From positions 1-64,000 of the forward strand of contig DAOWGI010000099.1 of assembly GCA_030637655.1 (NCBI GenBank): a stretch of 64,000 bases of DNA, in the 5' to 3' direction. Below are positions 57,374 to 64,000 of this stretch, one piece after another. The position numbers were made by a program, and so were the translations under genes. The first letter of the stretch is position 1. The number at the start of each line of letters is the position of its first letter. Under the pieces are notes generated by a model that had not been told where the DNA came from, made no database searches, and worked only from the letters and a program-made list of their open reading frames with translations. Origin of the DNA: a candidate division FCPU426 bacterium. GTDB lineage: Bacteria; Oederibacteriota; JAAXVQ01; JAUVAV01.

Positions 57374-58939
57374 TTACTTTGCTCCCATCACCAGGCCAAT
57401 GTACTGGGATTGTTCCAGCAAAGCATTGACCGCGGGCTCGACAATATTTCGCACTATGATATCCGGGAAGATACCACCCGCCACCACCAGCAATGCCAAC
57501 ACTCCCATGGCCGTCAGCATGGAGGCCGGCACTTCTTTAGCCTCGCTAAACTGCGGCAATTTGGGTCCCATAAACATGGAATGAAATACTTTCATAAATG
57601 AAGCCAGGGTCAGAATACTCACCACAATGGCAATAATGGCAATAAAGGGGTTGAACAGGAAGACAGATTCGTACAGCATAAACTTTGAGGCAAATCCATT
57701 AAAGGGCGGAATGCCGGCAATAGCCAATGCGCCAATAATAAAGAAAATCATGGTATATTTCATAGTATGACCCAAACCACCCAGATCATTCAAATAGCGT
57801 TTGCCGGTTGTGTAAATTACCGCGCCGGCAGTTAAAAACAACAAACCTTTGTACAACGCGTGATTCATGATATGAAAAATACCGCCGATCATAGCAGTCC
57901 TGCCGCAGGCGTCCAATAGTTCTTTATTCCCCAGCGTGGCCAGGCCCACACCCACACCCAGGAGCATGTAGCCTGATTGAGAAACCGCGTGATAGGCCAT
58001 CAAGCGTTTGACATCCTTTTGCGGAATGGCCATGGTCACACCGATAAACATGGACAGCACGCCCAGGATGATAACCACCCAACCAAAGGTCACGGTGTTT
58101 AGATTCAGGTTAAACATGGTAAAAAACATGCGAAAAAGCACGTACATGCCGGCCTGACTGGAGACCACCAGAAAAGCGGTAATAGCTGCCGGAGCGCGGG
58201 AATAGGCATCCGGAGTCCACATGTGCATTGGCACTGCTCCACATTTCATGGCCATGGGAACAATGATTAGAACCAGGGCAATGATGTCCAAACGGCTCAA
58301 GCGAATGTTCTGCGCAATAACTGCCATGTTGAGTGTGCCGTACTGACCGTATAAGATGGCCACTCCCAGCAGAAAAAACAAGCCTGCTACTGTGCTGATC
58401 AAGGCATATTTCAAGCCGGCTTCTACGGCCAGACCTTTATCGATCCGATACGCGACTAGCGCGGCTCCGGCCAAAGACGAAATTTCCAGAAACACAAATA
58501 GGTTAAAGAGATCACCGGTGGAGACCATACCTATCACACCGGCTACCAATAAGAGCAGCAAGGCAAAGAAGTCAGCCTGACCGCTGCGCAGTTTCTCTGT
58601 GGCCAGGGAATACAAGGTACTCATCAGTCCCACAATGGAAATGATAACAATCATGAAAGCGCTAAAAGCATCTATAGAAAAAATAATCCGAATGGGAATC
58701 CCGCCCGAATCCGGCGGAATGGTCAAGTCCGGAGCTGCGGCGCCAAAGACATAGGCCATGGCTCCGGTGGCAAATACTTGATAAGCCAAGTACAAGCCCG
58801 TAGCTGAAGTCAGGAGCATGCCGATAATCGCTAATCCATTACGTATTTTTTCGTGAATTTTACCCAACAACGGCAGGGCAAACGCGAATAAAAGCGGAAT
58901 ACCAACAACCAGAGCAGGAGTGTGTTGCGTGAATGACAA
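57374..58939 (-). CDS. mbhH: Mbh antiporter-like subunit (MrpD/NuoN family)
   Basis: GDLFNLFVFLEI, EAGLKY, PMHMWTPDAY, KRLMAYH, GIPPFNGFASK. Confidence 0.9.
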   Translation of the reverse strand: MSFTQHTPALVVGIPLLFAFALPLLGKIHEKIRNGLAIIGMLLTSATGLYLAYQVFATGAMAYVFGAAAPDLTIPPDSGGIPIRIIFSIDAFSAFMIVIISIVGLMSTLYSLATEKLRSGQADFFALLLLLVAGVIGMVSTGDLFNLFVFLEISSLAGAALVAYRIDKGLAVEAGLKYALISTVAGLFFLLGVAILYGQYGTLNMAVIAQNIRLSRLDIIALVLIIVPMAMKCGAVPMHMWTPDAYSRAPAAITAFLVVSSQAGMYVLFRMFFTMFNLNLNTVTFGWVVIILGVLSMFIGVTMAIPQKDVKRLMAYHAVSQSGYMLLGVGVGLATLGNKELLDACGRTAMIGGIFHIMNHALYKGLLFLTAGAVIYTTGKRYLNDLGGLGHTMKYTMIFFIIGALAIAGIPPFNGFASKFMLYESVFLFNPFIAIIAIVVSILTLASFMKVFHSMFMGPKLPQFSEAKEVPASMLTAMGVLALLVVAGGIFPDIIVRNIVEPAVNALLEQSQYIGLVMGAK

Positions 58940-58944
58940 ATTTA

Positions 58945-59289
58945 TTATCCTTTCAACCTATTAATGGAGTCACTATTTAAAGTCCCGTATTTTTTATAGA
59001 TAAAAACCGCGAACGAGAGCAGCAAGGCCATGGTCGCGACACCAATCACAATCGAGGTCAGAGCCATGGCTTGCACAGTCGGCAAAACCATCTTGGTGGA
59101 GGGTGCGTTGGTAAAAATCGGCGCGATCCCATCCTGGCGATAGCCCAATGCCACGAGAAAGAGATTGACCGCGCCTTCCAAAAGACCCAGGCCTAAAATA
59201 ATTTTGATAATATTCTTTCGCATTATCATGGTGGCCAGACCAATAATGGCAATCAGAGCAAAAGCAATAAAAGGAACATTAGCTAGCAT
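58945..59289 (-). CDS. mbhG: Mbh subunit (MrpC-like)
   Basis: KNIIKIILGL, LPTVQAMALTSIVIG. Confidence 0.88.
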   Translation of the reverse strand: MLANVPFIAFALIAIIGLATMIMRKNIIKIILGLGLLEGAVNLFLVALGYRQDGIAPIFTNAPSTKMVLPTVQAMALTSIVIGVATMALLLSFAVFIYKKYGTLNSDSINRLKG

Positions 59290-59761
59290 CTTCTTTGTTC
59301 ACTCCCATTTTCACAACATACGTTAACATATAGTAGATAATCAGCGACAAAGCGCCCAATACTTCCACGCCCACCGCAATATTCAAGAGCGGAATAATAC
59401 CGCCGGTATTTAAATTCCCGGCATTTTGACCATACGCCACCGCTTCCCCAAACAACATCCCGGGAATATTGACCATCCAATTATAGAGAAAGCTCTTGCC
59501 AAAAAAAATACCCGCAAATCCAAAGGTGATGAACATAAGCAGGCCAAAAGTTTCGCATACATTAAAAATCGCTTTTTTAAAAATCAACGAGATCTCACGA
59601 TAACGGTGTGCTGCAAACATCAGGGCAATTCCGGTCGCGATGACCGCGCCACCCTGAAATCCGCCGCCCGGTGTCAGGTGACCATGCAAGACAATATAGA
59701 ACCCGAAGATCATGACAAACGGATAAAGGAAATCCGCGGCCGCGCGTACGATCTTGCTCAT
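59279..59761 (-). CDS. mbhF: Mbh subunit (MrpB-like)
   Basis: HGHLTPGGGFQGG, NIAVGVEV. Confidence 0.9.
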   Translation of the reverse strand: MSKIVRAAADFLYPFVMIFGFYIVLHGHLTPGGGFQGGAVIATGIALMFAAHRYREISLIFKKAIFNVCETFGLLMFITFGFAGIFFGKSFLYNWMVNIPGMLFGEAVAYGQNAGNLNTGGIIPLLNIAVGVEVLGALSLIIYYMLTYVVKMGVNKEDAS

Positions 59762-60048
59762 TCAGATTCCTCCTCTTCCCTGGCCATTAATTTGCGAAAG
59801 AGCATACCTATACCCAGGACCACCACAAACAGGACCGTGGCTTCACCCAGAGTATCAAACCCGCGAAAATCAAATACCACCGCAGTAACAACATTATTCG
59901 CGCCGGTTTGTTCCTGACCGCGCGCGAGAAAATAGTCATCCATTTGGGTATTAACCGGCCGGCCAAAAGTAATGTCATGGCCGGCGGTCATGTACACAAA
60001 GGTCCCGCTCAAAACGACCAGTATGGAAGCGACCGCAAGGTTTCTCAT
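59758..60048 (-). CDS. mbhE: Mbh subunit E
   Basis: GANNVVTAVVFDFRGFDTLGEATVLF. Confidence 0.9.
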   Translation of the reverse strand: MRNLAVASILVVLSGTFVYMTAGHDITFGRPVNTQMDDYFLARGQEQTGANNVVTAVVFDFRGFDTLGEATVLFVVVLGIGMLFRKLMAREEEESE

Positions 60049-60302
60049 TAGTTATCAAACTCCTTGCGAGTAGTACTGCGAACCGCTTGGATTAATATGG
60101 CAGTGGTGATTCCCGCCCCAATACCGGCTTCGGCAATAGCAACATCCGGTGCCTGCAAAATATAAAATTCCACGGACATCAGAAAGCTAAACGCCGCGAA
60201 AGCAATAGCCGCGTGCAGCAAATCTTTCAAATAAAAGACCAACAGACCTATGAGCACCAGACCGGTTAAAATAATAATTTGAATGGCAAACGCGATGGTC
60301 AT
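60048..60302 (-). CDS. mbhD: Mbh subunit D (DUF4040-like)
   Basis: KDLLHAAI, LQAPDVAIAEAGIGAG. Confidence 0.88.
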   Translation of the reverse strand: MTIAFAIQIIILTGLVLIGLLVFYLKDLLHAAIAFAAFSFLMSVEFYILQAPDVAIAEAGIGAGITTAILIQAVRSTTRKEFDN

Positions 60303-60679
60303 TCTTCAGCTTCCTTTTCCAGGAATTCAACTTCAGCGAGTTTATCTACCACAGCCCTGACCGGTTTCTGTCCCCGGTTGTAGGCGGCTTGGGCAATGGC
60401 ATGTGATCCGGTGGCATTGGTAAACGCCAAAACAAGAATCGCCAGTACCACGTGAATGCTCAGGGACAAGCCGGAAGCATCATTGGCATGGAAATATTGA
60501 TGCAAGCTATGGACCACAATGGAGAGCGAGATGAAAATCGCGCCAAAGGTTGTGGTTTTAGTCTCTGCGTGCAAGCGGGTGTAAACATCAGGAAAGCGGA
60601 GCAACCCGATGATCCCTACCAGGTTAAAGAACAACCCAATGCCTAATAATATATAAACAACCAGTGTGAGGATATCCAT
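60299..60679 (-). CDS. mbhC: Mbh subunit (MrpG-like)
   Basis: GLLRFPDVYTRLHA, SHAIAQAAY. Confidence 0.9.
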   Translation of the reverse strand: MDILTLVVYILLGIGLFFNLVGIIGLLRFPDVYTRLHAETKTTTFGAIFISLSIVVHSLHQYFHANDASGLSLSIHVVLAILVLAFTNATGSHAIAQAAYNRGQKPVRAVVDKLAEVEFLEKEAEE

Positions 60680-60939
60680 TACAGATAGTTCCTTTTAAGA
60701 AATCTGGCAATAAACAGTGTTCCGACAAATGAGAGCAAAGCATACACGATCGCCACATCCACAAAAACGGTCTGTTTGTACACCGCGCCCAAGACAATCA
60801 TGATAGCGACCACAAGCGTATTAATGGCATCCAGAGCCACCACGCGATCCGGCGCTGTCGGCCCCATCATCAAGCGCAGGGTGGCGCCAAAAATAAGCAA
60901 GCCCAAAACAAAGACGCTGATATTCCAGGCTAAAATCAT
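60679..60939 (-). CDS. mbhB: Mbh subunit (MrpF-like)
   Basis: GPTAPDRVVALD, DVAIVYALLSFVGT. Confidence 0.9.
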   Translation of the reverse strand: MILAWNISVFVLGLLIFGATLRLMMGPTAPDRVVALDAINTLVVAIMIVLGAVYKQTVFVDVAIVYALLSFVGTLFIARFLKRNYL

Positions 60940-61466
60940 TCGGCAATTCTCCTTACCCAGGCAGAGAGGTCAAACCAGGAAAAAATATCTTTTCCCGCCC
61001 AGGATCCCTTCTGCTCTTTCCCAGGCGCAATATTCAGCAAATGCACGTACAAATCATTGCTCTCTTCATCCACATGCACAGCCAGGGTGCCGGGAGTTAA
61101 GGTAATGGAATTGGCAATCAACATAATGCCGAAATCGGATTTTAATTGGGGATTGTATTTAATAATGCCCGGACGAATTTTTCCGGTAAAGACTCGTATA
61201 GCCACATCAATATTGGCTTTGGCCATCTCAATAAAAAAAGGAATAAGCACATACAGCAAAGCCAGGATCATACGAATTGGGTTACACTTTATTTTATTGT
61301 TGCGAAAATGAAATCCCGAGGTCAAAGCAGCCACTATAATGGCCAGAATACCACCGGCAATCAGTTCCTGCCCAGTCCAAGACCCGGCTGTAAAAATCAG
61401 GTAGGCTAGGTATGCGGATATTGCTGTTAAAATAAAGGCAATCACTGGATTTTCCTTTAAAGACAA
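60936..61466 (-). CDS. mbhA: Mbh subunit (MrpE-like)
   Basis: KANIDVA, PGII, ANSITLTPGT, LYVH. Confidence 0.9.
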   Translation of the reverse strand: MSLKENPVIAFILTAISAYLAYLIFTAGSWTGQELIAGGILAIIVAALTSGFHFRNNKIKCNPIRMILALLYVLIPFFIEMAKANIDVAIRVFTGKIRPGIIKYNPQLKSDFGIMLIANSITLTPGTLAVHVDEESNDLYVHLLNIAPGKEQKGSWAGKDIFSWFDLSAWVRRIAE

Positions 61467-61569
61467 TGTTTTACGAGATCTTCGAACAACCGGAATAGAC
61501 TACCACACCTAAAAAAGAGGGGTTCAAAACAGGGTTGTCTAGCAGATCTGGTACTCAAATCACCGCGGT

Positions 61570-61598
61570 AAGATACTAAACTATAGGTGAAATGTCAA
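61570..61598 (-). promoter_or_regulatory. Candidate sigma70 promoter of the mbh operon
   Basis: Minus strand TTGACA-N17-TATCTT with an AT-rich upstream tract. Confidence 0.6.
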
Positions 61599-61608
61599 TA
61601 ATTATTAT

Positions 61609-61923
61609 TTATTCAGTAGGGGCAACGATGCTTGTCCGACTTTGCCTCAGCGAAGTCGGATGCCGTGCCCCTACAATGTTGATAATCCTATGCATATGAT
61701 TCGGCATGGTACACATCTCATCTATTGTGACATCCGGAAAATGTACGGAAATCTCCATCCAACATTTACGCACAATTCCCCCATATGCATTCAACGCCAT
61801 TTCATCATTTATTATCTCCCCAAACAGACACACCCTGTCTTTGGTACAAATAGTAATGAAATATGCTCCGGGTGAGGAATAATTGTATTTTGGCAGGCGA
61901 GCGGATTGACGGTTGGATTTCAT
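61609..61923 (-). pseudogene. Truncated REP-associated tyrosine transposase (RAYT)
   Basis: RQSARL..YNYS..GAYFITICT, MPNHMH (HuH), then runs into a REP and stops; C-terminal half with catalytic Tyr missing. Confidence 0.88.
61616..61674. repeat. REP containing a second inserted hairpin
   Basis: gtaggggca...[tccgactttgcctcagcgaagtcgga]...tgccgtgcccctac. Confidence 0.8.
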
Positions 61924-61993
61924 ACCTCTGTCCCCTTTCAATTTATGAGACAGATTTTTCCGGAAATCCTTTCATATTTTTTTTTATATTTCT

Positions 61994-62021
61994 GTAGGGG
62001 CACGGCATGCCGTGCCCCTAC
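61994..62021. repeat. Perfect REP palindrome upstream of the RAYT
   Basis: gtaggggcacggcatgccgtgcccctac. Confidence 0.92.
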
Positions 62022-62119
62022 TTGCAATTATATTGATTATTATGTATATTTATCCTTGAAATATCCAACTTAAATACAGATTTTTCAAGGATGATAATTA
62101 AGCATAAGGTAGTAAGGGA

Positions 62120-62224
62120 ATGTCCTCTATCTTACGGGAGGTGCGTGATATTGCGAATGGAATATACTTATACCAAGTCGTTTTGTATAAAAACGGTAAA
62201 GAGTACAAGCAGAAGATTAAATAG
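62120..62224 (+). pseudogene. Relic of a FlgD-Ig/T9SS-like C-terminal domain
   Basis: Hand translation MSSILREVRDIANGIYLYQVVLYKNGKEYKQKIK* resembles VASGIYIY of the 31445 protein. Confidence 0.5.
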
Positions 62225-62352
62225 GAGGATTAGCGCCTAAATGCAGATAACCTGCTGACACAAAGATAATCTTAACTACTACATATATATAGGTGTAATA
62301 TAGAATTTTGTTGAATAGTTTGGAGTTTTGATTTTATCTGTTCATTGTGGTT

Positions 62353-64000
62353 TTAGCACCCACCGGTTACAAATGCCGCCACTTTGAGAAAAAGACGCTT
62401 TATTTTGTCATATGAAGCTAAGGATGCATAGGAAGATAAATAGAGTGATAAATCGGCTGAGATATTTAGGTGGCAGATATTATCTGTGATCATATCTAAA
62501 AGCCCATCATTATCCAGATCGCCGGCCCATATGATTTGCGTGCAATCAAAACTATTTTGCTTATCATCCGATTTAATTAATACATTGCAATGCCAACCCA
62601 AATCGGCATTATTATACTTAGACATGACGGTTAATTCGTAGTTTTTGCCGGAAAAACTAAATGAGGCAGTTTTTGTTACAGACGTTTTTCCCTCCGGTGG
62701 ATTTCCGCTCATAAAACAGTCCAATTCCTGTAAGTCAATGCTGGGAAGCATTCCCGGCTTAAATGGTCCTCCTAAAATAATCAAAGGTGAACTTTCTTGC
62801 TCGGTATCAACAGCATAAGTATGTTTTACGGAAAACGGAATATGTAGAACATTGCTCTCGTCTATATCCTCTATTTTTGGTATGGATACCACAACTTCTT
62901 CCAGTTGATAACCTTGATTTTGCTTAAATAAAGCCAAGGCTGTTTGGCCGTTTTTGAAGTGAATCGCATCGGGCCAGACATCACCGGTTTGACCTATATA
63001 AATATTCAGTGGCATCGCTTTTAACAAGGTTTGACCATAATTATCCCACCACTCTCTCCATTTGACTTGGTCTGCTTGATAATTAACTTGGGGCATAAAT
63101 TCAAATTGGGCAAGTTGGGGTAGTATGGTTATTGCGGTTTTTCTAATATAAGAAGAGGGATCATTTAGCATATCAATAATATGGGGAATAGCTTTTTTCG
63201 CATTCGCTCCGCCAATACACTGTAGGGCGGATTTTTTGATATAATTATTCTTGCTCTTGAGCGCCAGGATGAGTTGATCCTGAACAAAGTCTTTGTCAAT
63301 TCCGGATACAAAAGAGATCAAGGTGCCGCGCATATTGGAATACGGATGGCTGAATCCTTTTTCGATAATCATTTTCAGATATTGGGCATTTAAATTTTCC
63401 TTATGTTTCGCAATGGCTCTGGCAAGCATGAAATTGCCGGCATGATCCGGATGCGTAATTCGATGGATAAGAGGCTCCAATGCCAAGGGATGACCGGTTG
63501 AACCTAGTGCATGGGTGGCGCAGATACGAACTTCTCTGCTCGTGTTTTGCAATTGCTTAATTAGATGAGCAACCACTTCAGTTTGTTCGGTTTGGCTCAA
63601 TAATTTGTATTGCTGTAAGGCTTTTTCAGGAGTCGGCTTCCCTTGGGATGTCCATTGCTTGGCATTGATAATTAATTTATCGGCGATTGCTTGAGTTGTT
63701 GTATGGACGGATGAAGATGGTGACTGTGTATAATGCGAGGAGGCGGATCTTAGTTCGAGAGGAGCAGGGAAGCTAGCTTTGTCCACCTCAATGGTATAAA
63801 CCCACGCTGGTAGTGAGATACCCGTGCCCTTCCTATGCATCGTAAGTAAAAAGTCAATCATTTCCTTGGCATTGGTTTTGCGCGTGTAGCGAAGTAGGGT
63901 ATTAAAAATAGCTATATCCTTGTCTAAGGCTGCTTTTTTTACAGCATACGTTAAACTCTCAATATTTAATCTATACCAACGATGATGCCAGGGCTGAGAC
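62353..64000 (-). CDS. HEAT-repeat protein, 5' end beyond the window
   Basis: HEAT/PBS-like repeats (VRICATHALG, IKKSALQCIG, LNDPSSYIRKTAI), WAGDLDNDGLLD motif; frame stays open from 63861 to the window edge. Confidence 0.75.
   Translation of the reverse strand, partial: SQPWHHRWYRLNIESLTYAVKKAALDKDIAIFNTLLRYTRKTNAKEMIDFLLTMHRKGTGISLPAWVYTIEVDKASFPAPLELRSASSHYTQSPSSSVHTTTQAIADKLIINAKQWTSQGKPTPEKALQQYKLLSQTEQTEVVAHLIKQLQNTSREVRICATHALGSTGHPLALEPLIHRITHPDHAGNFMLARAIAKHKENLNAQYLKMIIEKGFSHPYSNMRGTLISFVSGIDKDFVQDQLILALKSKNNYIKKSALQCIGGANAKKAIPHIIDMLNDPSSYIRKTAITILPQLAQFEFMPQVNYQADQVKWREWWDNYGQTLLKAMPLNIYIGQTGDVWPDAIHFKNGQTALALFKQNQGYQLEEVVVSIPKIEDIDESNVLHIPFSVKHTYAVDTEQESSPLIILGGPFKPGMLPSIDLQELDCFMSGNPPEGKTSVTKTASFSFSGKNYELTVMSKYNNADLGWHCNVLIKSDDKQNSFDCTQIIWAGDLDNDGLLDMITDNICHLNISADLSLYLSSYASLASYDKIKRLFLKVAAFVTGGC

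Noticed and set aside
1-64000. tRNA, rRNA, prophage or integrase
   Set aside because: None recognised by eye; tRNAscan-SE and Infernal were not run, so small RNAs could have been missed

Overview
A 64-kb stretch of chromosome from a diderm, probably anaerobic bacterium (phylum not assignable from sequence alone). It contains (i) a complete 14-gene Mrp-linked membrane-bound [NiFe]-hydrogenase operon in Pyrococcus mbhA-N order, with hypABFCDE, a HycI-type protease and an SlyD-type PPIase nearby; (ii) carbohydrate genes: treS, a GH65+GT4 pair, GT2, GH130, and a GH2 whose acid/base Glu reads Lys; (iii) a ~3620-aa giant modular membrane protein with a Tiki/TraB/EreA-like N-terminal motif set, three diverged internal repeats alternating with TM bundles, a pseudokinase and an in-frame REP insertion; (iv) envelope and secreted proteins (TolC, YcbB-type L,D-transpeptidase, Cls, a LamG/Thr-Pro/Ig-CTD protein, a TolA-like repeat protein, an HDAC11-like protein with a possible signal peptide); and (v) many small selfish elements: an IS1380 left end, at least five complete GTAAC-ended MITEs (three with 8-bp target duplications, IS66-like) carrying different nested palindromes, many GTAG REPs and a truncated RAYT. 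Several deletion, duplication and frameshift scars can be read directly. No rRNA, tRNA or CRISPR array was recognised. All assignments come from motif recognition by eye; no database searches were run.
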